Shown piece after piece: positions 37,945 through 47,398 of a DNA stretch of 64,000 nt. The notes beneath the pieces are model-generated. The model had not been told where the DNA came from and ran no database searches. It was given only the letters and a program-made list of their open reading frames with translations. This stretch comes from Candidatus Tepidifontimicrobium thermophilum (GTDB taxonomy: Bacteria; Sysuimicrobiota; Sysuimicrobiia; Sysuimicrobiales; Sysuimicrobiaceae), in the NCBI GenBank assembly GCA_031459915.1, contig JAVKHO010000005.1, positions 32,806 through 96,805 on the forward strand, in the 5' to 3' direction. Every line of letters starts with the position of its first letter. Position 1 is the first letter of the stretch. A program made the translations under genes and the position numbers.

Positions 37945-37985
37945 GGGGATGGCGTGGCAGCAGGCGCGGGAAGGGGGTGGTGCAC

Positions 37986-39002
37986 GTGCGGGCGCGTTGG
38001 GCTGTGGCGGTCGCCTCGGCGGTGTTACTTGCCACGGCTGCCTCGGTAGCTCCCGCCCAAACGCCGTTTACAGGCCGCACCGTGACGGTGCTGGTGGGCA
38101 ACCCTCCGGGAGGCGGCTACGACCGTTTCGCACGGCTGGTGGCGCGACACCTGCCCCGGTACCTGCCCGGCAGCCCCACCGTGGTGGTGCAGAACATGCC
38201 CGGGGCGGGTGGGATCGTGGCCGCCAACCACCTGTACAACGTGGCGCGGTCGGACGGCTATACCCTGGGCCTGTTCAACCGCAACCTCGTGATCGCCCAG
38301 CTGGCGGGGGTACAGGAGCTGCGGCTGGACATGCGGCGCTGGCACTGGATCGGAAACCTGGCGGGGGAGACGTACGTGTTCGCCATCCGCTCGGACCTCC
38401 CGTACCGCCACGTGTTGGACCTCCGGCACGCGGAGCCGCCGGTGGCGGTGGGCTCCACGGGACCGGGCACGGGCTCCCACGACTACCCGCTGGCCCTGAA
38501 GGTGTTCCTCCGGCTGAACCTGCGGATCATCAGTGGCTACCAGGGAACCGGAGAGGTGGCTCTGGCAGTGGAGCGGCGGGAGCTGGATGGTCGGGCGGGT
38601 GCCTGGTCTTCCCTGCTGCCCCACATCCGGCGCGGCGTCCTGCGTCCCCTGGTGCGGACCCTTTCCGACAACCCGGACCCGCAGCTACGCGCCCTGCCTG
38701 TGGACCAGGACCTGGCTACAGGGGAGGTGGCGCGGGCGGTGCTGCGGCTGCGGTCCATCACCCTGAAGCTGGGTCGGCCTTTCGTGGCGCCGCCGGGAGC
38801 GCCGGTGGAGCTGGTGCGGGCCTACCAGGAGGCCTTCCGCCGCCTGGCGCAGGATCCCGCCTTCCGGTCTGAGGCGGAGCGCAGCGGGTTCGAGCCCGCC
38901 TACACCTCACCGGAGGAGTGCCTGCGCACGGTGCAGGAGGTCCTGTCGGCACCGCCGGGGGTGCAGCGGGTGTTCCGGGAGCTGTTCCAGTTCGGCGAGT
39001 GA
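37986..39002 (+). CDS. tctC: TctC/Bug substrate-binding protein 4
   Basis: GNPPGGGYDRFAR, VVVQNMPGAGG. Start is one of GTG 37977, 37980 or 37986. Confidence 0.85.
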   Translation: MRARWAVAVASAVLLATAASVAPAQTPFTGRTVTVLVGNPPGGGYDRFARLVARHLPRYLPGSPTVVVQNMPGAGGIVAANHLYNVARSDGYTLGLFNRNLVIAQLAGVQELRLDMRRWHWIGNLAGETYVFAIRSDLPYRHVLDLRHAEPPVAVGSTGPGTGSHDYPLALKVFLRLNLRIISGYQGTGEVALAVERRELDGRAGAWSSLLPHIRRGVLRPLVRTLSDNPDPQLRALPVDQDLATGEVARAVLRLRSITLKLGRPFVAPPGAPVELVRAYQEAFRRLAQDPAFRSEAERSGFEPAYTSPEECLRTVQEVLSAPPGVQRVFRELFQFGE

Positions 39003-39028
39003 AGGAGGCCCGCTGGTTGGAGGCGCGG

Positions 39029-40753
39029 ATGCGGAAGTACGTCTCGGATCTCATCGTGGATCTGCTGCAGCGGTTCGGCGTGCCCTACGTGAGTCTGAAC
39101 CCGGGCAGTAGCTTCCGCGGGCTGCACGACTCCCTCGTCAACTACGGCGGCAACCGCCCGGAGATCGTGGAGTGCCCGCACGAGAAGATCGCGGTGGGCA
39201 TCGCGCACGGGTACGCCCGGGTCACGGGCCGGCCCATGGCCACCGTGCTCCACAACGTGGTGGGGTTGCTGCACGGCAGCATGGGGATCTACCAGGCGTT
39301 TTTGGACCGCGTGCCGATGCTGGTGCTGGGCGCCACCGGCCCCGCGGACGTGGCCTTGCGGCGTCCCCGGATCGACTGGGATCACACCGCCCTCCTGCAG
39401 GGCACCGCGGTCCGGGACTTCGTGAAGTGGGACGACCAGCCCGTGGGGGTGGACGCGGTGGTGGAGTCCTTCGCCCGGGGCTACCGGGTGGCGTGCACGG
39501 AACCTGCCGGCCCCGTGTACCTTTGCTACGACGTGGCTTTCCAGGAGGAGGAGCTCAAGCGGGAGGTGGCCCTCCCCGATCCCGCTCGGGCGGTGTACAC
39601 GCGGCTGCAGCCGGACCCCCAGGCAGTGGAGCGGGCCAGCGACTGGCTGGTGGAAGCCCGCCGGCCGGTAATCGTGGCGGACCTTCTGGGCCGTCACCCG
39701 GAGACTGTGGCCGCTTTGGCGGAACTGGCGGAGCTTCTGGCAGCGCCCGTGGTGGACGCGGGCGGCCGACTGAACCTGCCCAACACCCACCCCCTGTGGC
39801 GCCGGAGCCGGGAGGTCCTGCGGGGTGCGGACTGCGTGCTGCTGCTGGACGTGCGGGACCTGTTCGGCTGGCTGCACGAATACGACGAGCGGGAACGGGT
39901 GGCCGACCGACTGGTGGCGGACGGCTGCCGGGTGGTGGAGGTGGGATACGGGGACCTGGGCATCCGCGCGTGGTCCCACCAGTTCCAGCGCTACCAAGAG
40001 GTAGACCTGTCGATTCTGGCGGATACCCGGGAGGCGGTTCCGGCCCTGGTGGAGTGCTGCCGCGACCGCCTCCGCAGCCGCGGGGACGCGGACGAACGTT
40101 CCAACCGACGGGCCCGCCTGGCGGAGGAACACGCCCGCATTCGGGGTCGCTGGCGGGAGGTTGCACAGTCCGCGCGGCCGCAGGCGCCGATGGCCACCAG
40201 CCGGTTCGTGTGGGAGGTGTGGGAGCAGATCCGTGGGCGCGACTTTGTCTTCACCGGGAGCCTGGTGAACGACTGGATCCCGAAGCTGTGGGACTTCGAC
40301 CGGCCGGACCGCTATGCGGGCAAACCCCTGGGGACCGCGACCCAGATCGGCATCAGCCTGGGGGTGGGGCTCGCGTACCGCGGCTCGAGCAAGCTGGTGG
40401 TGAACGTGCAGACGGACGGGGACCTGATGTACGACCTGGGCGCCCTGTGGGTGGCGAGTCACTCCCGCATCCCCATGCTGACGGTGATGTTCAACAACCG
40501 GGCTTACTACAACGACTGGGAGCACCAGATCGAGGTGGCACGGGCGCGGGGCCGCGACGAGGCCCGGGCGTACGTGGGCATGGAGCTGGATCGGCCGGCC
40601 CCGGACTTCGCTTCGGTGGCCCGTGCCCTCGGCTGGTACGCGGAGGGTCCCATCGAGGACGCCCGCCAGGTGGGCCCTGCCGTGCAGCGGGCTCTGCGGG
40701 CGGTGGAGGAAGGTACGCCGGCGTTGGTGGACTGTGTCACCGCCTTCCGGTGA
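39029..40753 (+). CDS. ThDP-binding enzyme 3 (paralog of 31797-33557)
   Basis: LNPGSSFRGLHDSLVN, PHEKIAVGIAHGYAR, TDGD...NNRAYYND. Confidence 0.85.
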   Translation: MRKYVSDLIVDLLQRFGVPYVSLNPGSSFRGLHDSLVNYGGNRPEIVECPHEKIAVGIAHGYARVTGRPMATVLHNVVGLLHGSMGIYQAFLDRVPMLVLGATGPADVALRRPRIDWDHTALLQGTAVRDFVKWDDQPVGVDAVVESFARGYRVACTEPAGPVYLCYDVAFQEEELKREVALPDPARAVYTRLQPDPQAVERASDWLVEARRPVIVADLLGRHPETVAALAELAELLAAPVVDAGGRLNLPNTHPLWRRSREVLRGADCVLLLDVRDLFGWLHEYDERERVADRLVADGCRVVEVGYGDLGIRAWSHQFQRYQEVDLSILADTREAVPALVECCRDRLRSRGDADERSNRRARLAEEHARIRGRWREVAQSARPQAPMATSRFVWEVWEQIRGRDFVFTGSLVNDWIPKLWDFDRPDRYAGKPLGTATQIGISLGVGLAYRGSSKLVVNVQTDGDLMYDLGALWVASHSRIPMLTVMFNNRAYYNDWEHQIEVARARGRDEARAYVGMELDRPAPDFASVARALGWYAEGPIEDARQVGPAVQRALRAVEEGTPALVDCVTAFR

Positions 40754-40757
40754 GCCT

Positions 40758-42956
40758 ATGGCGGAGTTCCACGCAGGCGGCGAGGGCCGCACGGACGCTT
40801 GGGTCAAGCTGTACGGGCAGGCGGTGTACGCGGGGGACGTGCGCGTGCCCGGGATGCTGTACGGGGCCCTGGTCCGCAGCCCATACCCCCACGCGCGGAT
40901 CCTCCGGATCCGGACGGAAGCCGCGCGGTCGCTGCCGGGCGTCCACGCGGTCCTCACCGGTGAGGACGTCCGGTACGGCACGTACGGGCGCCGGGTGCGG
41001 GACATGCCGGTCCTGGCGCGCCAGGTGGTGCGTTTTGCGGGCGAGCGGGTGGCCGCGGTGGCCGCGGAGAGCTCGGAGCTGGCTCGGGAGGCCGCGGCGC
41101 TGGTGGAGGTGGACTACGAGCCCCTGCCCGCGGTGTTCGACCCGGAGGAGGCCCTGCGGCCCGGGGCACCGCGGGTGCACGAGGCCCCTTGGACCTACCC
41201 GGGCGCGGTGACCGGACCCGAGGACCCGCCGAACCTGCAGTCCCGCCGGGTGTGGCAGCACGGGGAGGAGGTCGAGGCGGTCCTGGCGCGCTGCCGGTAC
41301 GTGTTCGACGAGACGTACTTCGTCCCCGCGGCCCACCAGGGCTACCTGGAGCCCCACGGCTGCTTGGCGTGGTGGAAGCCGGACGGGTCGGTGGAGGTGT
41401 GGGCGTCCAACAAGAGCCCGCACCGGCTGCGGGCACAGCTCAGCGCCTGTCTGGGGCTGCCTCCGGATCGCATCCGGGTCATGCCCCTCTACGTCGGGGG
41501 CGACTTCGGCGGGAAGGGGTCTCCCATGGACGTGCCGGTGTGCGTGGCGCTGTCGGAGGCCACGGGGCGGCCCGTGAAACTGGTCCTGGACTACGAGGAG
41601 GACCTCTCCTGCACCAACCCCCGCCACGCATCCAAGGTCCGGGTAAGGCTGGGGGTCGACGGGGAAGGCCGCCTGCGGGCACTGGACGTGCGGGCGGTGG
41701 CGAACGGCGGCGCGTACGCGGCCTTCAAGCCTGCAGAGCACGTGAACCTGAACGGCTTCGGAGAAGCGGGCAACACGTACCGGATCCCCTCCGTGCGCAT
41801 CGAGAGCCTGATCGCGTACACGAACACGGTTCCCCGGGGCCACATGCGATCCCCGGGCTCCCTGGAGGCCAACTTCGCCGTGGAGTCCACCGTGGACGCG
41901 GCGGCGCGGGCTTTGGGCATAGACCCCCTCGAGTTCCGTTTGCGCAACGTCCTGCGGACAGGCGACCTGGGGACCCTGGGGGAACCGTGGGTGGAAGCTC
42001 GCGGCGAAGAGGTGGCCCAGGCCGCGGCGGCCGCCCTGCGGGAGTCCGAGCCGCAGGCACCGGTGGGGCGGGACGGCGGCAGGTGGGCCCGGGGCGTGGG
42101 TTTTGCGTTCTACTGTCGCGCTGCACACGGCGGCACCACGGAGGTCGCGCTGCTGCCGCAGCCCGACGGCTCCCTGGTGGTGCGGGTCCCCTTCCCGGAC
42201 CAGGGAGGCGGGCAGCACACGGTGGTCCGAAACGTGGTGCAGAGGGAGCTGGGCCTGCCCGCAGGGTTTGTGCGGGTGGAGCAGGCGGACACCAGCCAGC
42301 TGGCCACCGACTCGGGCGTGGGGGGGAGCCGCGTGAGCCTGACCGCCAGCGCCGCCGCGGCCTCCGCCTGTGCGGAGCTGCGGCGGCGCCTGGAGGAAGA
42401 GGGACTCGCGCAGCTGCCGGTGCAGGCCGCGCTGGCGGAGCTGGCCCGCCGCTGGCCGCAGGAGGTGGTGCGGGCGTCTGTGTCCGTAGACGAGGAGTTG
42501 TGGGTCAACTCGGTGTGCGTGCAGGCCGCGCGCGTGGCCGTGGACCGGGACACCGGCCAGGTCCGGGTGGAGGAGCTGGTCACCGCCCTGGACGTGGCCG
42601 AGGTGTTGAACCCCGCATCCCACCGTGCGCAGGTGGAGGGCGGGGTGGTGATGGGACTGGGATCCGCCCTGCTGGAGGAGCTGGTCCTGGAGGACGGACG
42701 GGTGGTGTCCACCAACCTGCACGACTACCGGCTTCCCTCCGTAGCAGACCTACCGCGCCTGCGGGTCGTGCTGGTGCCGGGCGGCAAGGGCTGGGGGCCG
42801 CACGGGGTGAAGCCCGTGGGCGAGCTCACCAACGTAGCGGTGGCGGCCGCCGTGGCCAACGGGGTCGCCGACGCGGTAGGCGTCCGGGTCCGGCGGCTAC
42901 CCATCTCTGCGGAGGAGGTCTACCAGTTGATGCACCCGCGGGAGGGCAAGGCGTGA
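40758..42956 (+). CDS. Xanthine dehydrogenase-family molybdopterin-binding subunit
   Basis: RSPYPHARI, HQGYLEPH, VGGDFGGK, MRSPG, QVEGG..MGLG, KPVGE. Lacks the AYxCSFR motif of true CO dehydrogenase. Confidence 0.9.
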   Translation: MAEFHAGGEGRTDAWVKLYGQAVYAGDVRVPGMLYGALVRSPYPHARILRIRTEAARSLPGVHAVLTGEDVRYGTYGRRVRDMPVLARQVVRFAGERVAAVAAESSELAREAAALVEVDYEPLPAVFDPEEALRPGAPRVHEAPWTYPGAVTGPEDPPNLQSRRVWQHGEEVEAVLARCRYVFDETYFVPAAHQGYLEPHGCLAWWKPDGSVEVWASNKSPHRLRAQLSACLGLPPDRIRVMPLYVGGDFGGKGSPMDVPVCVALSEATGRPVKLVLDYEEDLSCTNPRHASKVRVRLGVDGEGRLRALDVRAVANGGAYAAFKPAEHVNLNGFGEAGNTYRIPSVRIESLIAYTNTVPRGHMRSPGSLEANFAVESTVDAAARALGIDPLEFRLRNVLRTGDLGTLGEPWVEARGEEVAQAAAAALRESEPQAPVGRDGGRWARGVGFAFYCRAAHGGTTEVALLPQPDGSLVVRVPFPDQGGGQHTVVRNVVQRELGLPAGFVRVEQADTSQLATDSGVGGSRVSLTASAAAASACAELRRRLEEEGLAQLPVQAALAELARRWPQEVVRASVSVDEELWVNSVCVQAARVAVDRDTGQVRVEELVTALDVAEVLNPASHRAQVEGGVVMGLGSALLEELVLEDGRVVSTNLHDYRLPSVADLPRLRVVLVPGGKGWGPHGVKPVGELTNVAVAAAVANGVADAVGVRVRRLPISAEEVYQLMHPREGKA

Positions 42957-43483
42957 CGGGAGCCGTGGTGGAGCTGTGGGTGAACGGGGAGCCCGTCCGG
43001 GCTGCCGCAGACGGAGCGGAGTTCCTCGCGGAGTTCTTGAGGGAGCGCCTGGGCCTGGGGGGCACCAAGCTGGGGTGCGGCATTGGGGTGTGTGGGCTGT
43101 GCACGGTGTGGATGGACGGCCGGCTGGTGAGCAGCTGTCTGGTGCCCGTGGCGGTGGCCGCGGGCCGGCAGGTGTGGACGGTGGAAGGCCTGGTGGCCCT
43201 GGCGGAAGGGCGCGTGCACAACCCGCCCCCCGGGCTTCCCCGGCCGGAGCTGGTGCGCGCGGTGCACAGGGCCTTCGTACAGTGCGAGGGGCTGCAGTGC
43301 GGCATCTGTACCGCGGGGCAGGTGTGGGCGGTGTGCGCGCTGCTGTCGGAGGAACCGGTCCCGCCGGAGGGACGGGTGCGGGAGTTCCTGGCGGGTAACC
43401 TGTGCCGGTGTACGGGGTACCAGGGGATCCTGCGAGCCGTACAGCAGGCCTCGGAGGAGTGGGCGCAGCGTGCGGCCCCTTGA
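42953..43483 (+). CDS. Mo-hydroxylase 2x[2Fe-2S] small subunit
   Basis: GCGIGVCGLC...SC and QCGIC...NLCRCTGY. Confidence 0.92.
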   Translation: MTGAVVELWVNGEPVRAAADGAEFLAEFLRERLGLGGTKLGCGIGVCGLCTVWMDGRLVSSCLVPVAVAAGRQVWTVEGLVALAEGRVHNPPPGLPRPELVRAVHRAFVQCEGLQCGICTAGQVWAVCALLSEEPVPPEGRVREFLAGNLCRCTGYQGILRAVQQASEEWAQRAAP

Positions 43484-44333
43484 GTACCTGACGCCCCACA
43501 GCCTTGCGGAGGCCCTGGAGCGGCTGGCGGGCTCGGACCCGTCGGAGACGGTGGTGTGGGGCGGCGGGACGGCTCTGGGACCGCTGCTGCGGCGGGGCCT
43601 GGTGCGCCCGAGGGTGCTGCTGGGGCTGGAAAGGGTGGCGGGCCTGCAGGACCTTTCCCTGGCCGAGGACGGGTTGAGGGTGGGTGCCCTGGTCCGCCTG
43701 GCCGACCTGAGCCGGTCACCGGTGGTGCGGGGCTCCCTTCCGCTCCTCGCGGAGGCGGCAGGGCGGGTGGGCAACGTCCGGGTGCGCAACGCGGCCACCC
43801 TGGGAGGGCACCTGGCCCACGCGGACCCCGCGCAGGACCTTCCTCCTGTCCTGCTGGCCCTGGACGCGCAGGTGCGGCTGGAAAGCGTGCGCGGCACGCG
43901 GACGCTGCCGCTGGAGAGGTTCCTCGTGGGGCCCCTGCAGACCGCGCGGGCTGACGACGAGCTGCTGACGGAGGTGTGGGTGCCTGCCGCGGCGTTCGGC
44001 CGACGCACAGCCTACGTGCGCTTCACGCCCCGGAGTTCCCAGGACTACCCCACCGTGGGCGTGGCGGCCAGCCTGCGGGTGGACGCAGACGGGGTGTGCC
44101 GGGAGGCGCGGGTGGCGGTGGGCGGGGCGGCGCCCACCGCGTTGCGGGTGCCCGCGGCGGAGGCGGCCCTGGTGGGTGGGCGGCTCACCCGGGAGCGCTG
44201 TCGGGACGCGGCGGCCCAGGTGGAGTCCGCGGTGGACCCCTGGGACGACACGAGGGGCAGCGCCCGGTACAAGCGGGCGATGGCGCGGGTGTGGACGGAG
44301 CGGGTGCTGGAGGACCTGGCTTCTGAGGCGTGA
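43470..44333 (+). CDS. Mo-hydroxylase FAD-binding medium subunit
   Basis: GGGT, VRNAATLGG...ADPAQD, DD.RGSA.YKR. Confidence 0.9.
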   Translation: MRPLEYLTPHSLAEALERLAGSDPSETVVWGGGTALGPLLRRGLVRPRVLLGLERVAGLQDLSLAEDGLRVGALVRLADLSRSPVVRGSLPLLAEAAGRVGNVRVRNAATLGGHLAHADPAQDLPPVLLALDAQVRLESVRGTRTLPLERFLVGPLQTARADDELLTEVWVPAAAFGRRTAYVRFTPRSSQDYPTVGVAASLRVDADGVCREARVAVGGAAPTALRVPAAEAALVGGRLTRERCRDAAAQVESAVDPWDDTRGSARYKRAMARVWTERVLEDLASEA

Positions 44334-44351
44334 CCGAGAGGAGGTGCAGTC

Positions 44352-45359
44352 ATGTGGAGGGGAGCTGGGAAGCTGCTCCTGGTGACGGCGCTGGTACTGG
44401 CTGCGGCCACCGCGTTACCCGCACAGGCGGACCTAGTGGCTGCGGCCAAGCGGGAAGGGCGGCTCGTGCTGTACGGGTCCCTCACCACCCTGGACGTGGT
44501 GAACAAGATCTTCGAAAGCCGCTACGGGATCCCCGTGGACTACTGGCGGGCGGCCAGCACCCGGGTCCTGGACCGGGTCCTGAACGAGACCCGGGCGGGC
44601 CGTCCGCAGTTCGACGTGGTGCAGACCAACAGCAGCCCCATGATGGTGCTGCGGGAGGCCGGCGCGTTCGCGCGGTACCCCTCGCCCTCGTACGAGATGT
44701 TCGGGAAGTCCACGCGGGACCCGCAGGCCCTGGTGTCCCCGCAGTTCCTGGTGATCCCCATCGGGATCGTGTACAACACGCGGCTGGTGCGGCCTGAGGA
44801 GGCGCCCCGGGGACTGCTGGACCTGCTGGAGCCGAAGTGGAAGGGCAAGGTGGTGATGGCGGACCCGACCCTGCACACCACCACCGCGCAGTGGCTGATG
44901 GAGCTCCGGTCGGTGCTGGGCGCGCAGTGGCGGCCGTTCCTAGAGCAGCTGGCGGGGCAGGTGGGTGCGTACGTGGAGTCCTTCATCCCCGTGGCGGACC
45001 GGCTGGTGCGGGGGGAGTTCCCCGTGGGCCTGACGTACATCCGCTACGTGTACCAGTTCGGGAAGGAAGGCGCGCCCCTGGACTACGTGCGGCTGCCCGT
45101 GTTCCTGGCCGACGGCCACCGGATCGCGCTCGGAGCCCGCGCCTCGCGGCCCAACGCGGGCAAGCTGTACATCGAGACCCTGCTGTCCCGAGCGGGCCTG
45201 CTGGCGCTGGCACAGGACGGGGACTTCGTCTCCCTACCGGGCGTGTACCCGCCGCTGCGGGACGCGGAGAAGCTGCGCATCGTGGCCATGCGGGACTACG
45301 ACGAGGCAGGGCTCACGCGGGCTAGGGAGGAGTTGGGGCGGATCTTCCGAAGGCGGTAG
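44352..45359 (+). CDS. ABC substrate-binding protein 3 (paralog of 24076 and 27879)
   Basis: AAKREGRLVLYGS, DLLEPKWKG, PNAGKLYI. Confidence 0.85.
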   Translation: MWRGAGKLLLVTALVLAAATALPAQADLVAAAKREGRLVLYGSLTTLDVVNKIFESRYGIPVDYWRAASTRVLDRVLNETRAGRPQFDVVQTNSSPMMVLREAGAFARYPSPSYEMFGKSTRDPQALVSPQFLVIPIGIVYNTRLVRPEEAPRGLLDLLEPKWKGKVVMADPTLHTTTAQWLMELRSVLGAQWRPFLEQLAGQVGAYVESFIPVADRLVRGEFPVGLTYIRYVYQFGKEGAPLDYVRLPVFLADGHRIALGARASRPNAGKLYIETLLSRAGLLALAQDGDFVSLPGVYPPLRDAEKLRIVAMRDYDEAGLTRAREELGRIFRRR

Positions 45360-45397
45360 GGGACCCACGGTCAGGAACTTCGGGGGAGGTGAAACGG

Positions 45398-46591
45398 ATG
45401 CGGAAGTGGGGATGGATCGCACCAGGAGGGCTGCTGCTGGCCATAGCCGTGGGTGTGGTGCCCGCGGCCCCCGCGGGGCCGCTGCGGGTGGCGTTCCTGG
45501 GACCTCTCAGCGGGCCCTTTGCCTTCTGGGGGACCAACGCCCGGGATGGGATGCGCATGGCCGTGGAGGAGCTGAACGCGGCGGGAGGGGTGCTGGGACG
45601 GCCGGTGGAGCTGGTGGAGCGGGACGACCGCAACAACCCCGCGGAAGCCATCAGCCTCTTCCGGTCCCTGGCGGAACGGGAAGGGATCGTGGCCGCGGCC
45701 GGGACCATCAGCAGCGACATCGGGACCGCCCTGGCCCGGGAAGCGGATCAGCTGCAGGTCCCCGTGTTCCTGGTCCGGGCGGGGGCCCACACGATCCTGA
45801 GGAAGACCAGCCGCTACACCTTCCGGACCTGCCTGGTGGCGTCGCCCATGTACGTGCAGGCGTCCGCGGCGCTCATGCAGTACGCCAAGTACACGCGGGT
45901 GGGGGCCATCATCGCCGACTACGCGTGGGGCCGCTCCTACATGCAGTGGCTGGACCGCTTCGTCCGGTCGGTGCCGGGCATGCAGATCCAGATCGAGGTG
46001 GCCCCCGTGGCCACCTCCGACTTCACCCCGTACCTCCGGCGGCTGCAGGGCTTCAACCCGCAGTTCCTGGACATCGGGGGCCACCCGCCCGGGATTCCGG
46101 TGATCGTCCGGCAGGCGGCGGAGCTGGGGTTCCGCCAGCAGATGTTCGGTGCCCACAACCCACCCGAGTGGATCGTCCAGCGGGCCGGGGAGGCCCTGTT
46201 CGGACGGTACGTGGACTACACCTGTGCAGACTTCACCCACCCCACCTTCCGCCGGCTGGCGGAGCGGTTCTTCGGCACCTACCGGCGCTACTTCGACGAC
46301 AACGCCTTTGCGGGGTACGCGGTGGTCAAGATGGTGGCGGAGGCCGCCCAGAAGGCGGGCTCTCCGGATGCCCGTCGGATCGCGGACGTCATCCGGCGCG
46401 GTCGGTTCGTGCAGCCCGGCTACGGCTGGCCGCTCTCCTTCACCGAGTGGGGCGAGATGAAGGAGGCGCGGCCTATCCTGTTCACCCTTCAGCGGGGAGA
46501 GTTCCCCGGAGGCGTTTGCCCGGGCTGCGGGTGGGTGCAGAAGTTCGAGTTCCGGGTGCCCCGGCTGGAGCCGTACGTTCCGGAGGAGTGA
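45398..46591 (+). CDS. Branched-chain amino acid type (LivJ/LivK fold) substrate-binding protein
   Basis: GPLSGPFAFWG..., AVEELNAAGGVLGRPVELVERDD, DYAWG. Start at 45389 or 45398. Confidence 0.85.
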   Translation: MRKWGWIAPGGLLLAIAVGVVPAAPAGPLRVAFLGPLSGPFAFWGTNARDGMRMAVEELNAAGGVLGRPVELVERDDRNNPAEAISLFRSLAEREGIVAAAGTISSDIGTALAREADQLQVPVFLVRAGAHTILRKTSRYTFRTCLVASPMYVQASAALMQYAKYTRVGAIIADYAWGRSYMQWLDRFVRSVPGMQIQIEVAPVATSDFTPYLRRLQGFNPQFLDIGGHPPGIPVIVRQAAELGFRQQMFGAHNPPEWIVQRAGEALFGRYVDYTCADFTHPTFRRLAERFFGTYRRYFDDNAFAGYAVVKMVAEAAQKAGSPDARRIADVIRRGRFVQPGYGWPLSFTEWGEMKEARPILFTLQRGEFPGGVCPGCGWVQKFEFRVPRLEPYVPEE

Positions 46592-46601
46592 GGACGGGAG
46601 C

Positions 46602-47390
46602 CTACTGGGCGGAGGCCGACCGCCGGCGCTGCAGCTCCTCGTAGGCGGTGTAGCCCAGCCGGCTGGACACCTCCCGGCAGGCCGCCACGATGGCCCGGCG
46701 CAGCTCGTCCTTCTGCCGGTGGAAGCGGTACGCGGGCACCGACAGGCTCATGGCGGCCACCACCTCGCCTCGGTGGTCGCGGATAGGGGCCGCCACGCAG
46801 CACAGCTCCAGGACCGCTTCCTCGATGTCGAGGGCGTAGCCGCGCAGCCGGACCTGCTCCAGCTCGGCCCGCAGCTGCCGGAGGTCGGTGATGGTGTTGG
46901 GCGTGAGGGCGGGCAGGCCCGTGCGGCTGAGCAACGCCTCCACCTGCGTCCACGGACGCGCCGCCAGCAGCACCTTGCCCACCGCGCTGCAGTGGGCGGG
47001 CAGTTCCACGCCCACGCCCGTCACGGACACCTGGACGGCGCGGGTGCCCTGGAGTTTGTCCACGTACAGCACCCGGTCACCCTCCATGGTGGCCAGGTGC
47101 ACCGTCTCCCCGAACCGCGAGACCAGCTCTTCCATCACGGGCCGGGCCTCCACCCGGTACTGGGTGGTGGCCAGGAGGGTGCTGGACAGGGCCAGGATGC
47201 GCCAGCCCAGGCGGTACCGGCGGTCCGCGGTGCGCCGCAACAACCCGATCTCGCACATGGTGCACAGGAGGGCGTGGGCGGTGGACTTGGGGATTCCCAG
47301 GAGCGAGGCCACCTCGCTGACGCTGCGTTCGGGATGGTCCATCCCGAACAGCTCCAGCACCTGCCCCACCCGCTGGACCGTGCTGAGCAT
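46602..47390 (-). CDS. IclR-family transcriptional regulator
   Basis: HTH SVSEVA..LGIPKSTAH.LL, GETVHLA, PAHCSAVGKVLLA, L..VR.RGYA.D.EE. Confidence 0.93.
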   Translation of the reverse strand: MLSTVQRVGQVLELFGMDHPERSVSEVASLLGIPKSTAHALLCTMCEIGLLRRTADRRYRLGWRILALSSTLLATTQYRVEARPVMEELVSRFGETVHLATMEGDRVLYVDKLQGTRAVQVSVTGVGVELPAHCSAVGKVLLAARPWTQVEALLSRTGLPALTPNTITDLRQLRAELEQVRLRGYALDIEEAVLELCCVAAPIRDHRGEVVAAMSLSVPAYRFHRQKDELRRAIVAACREVSSRLGYTAYEELQRRRSASAQ

Positions 47391-47398
47391 CCCACCGC

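Noticed and set aside
40758..44333. Aerobic CO dehydrogenase (coxLSM)
   Set aside because: No AYxCSFR active-site motif, gene order is L-S-M, and no cox accessory genes
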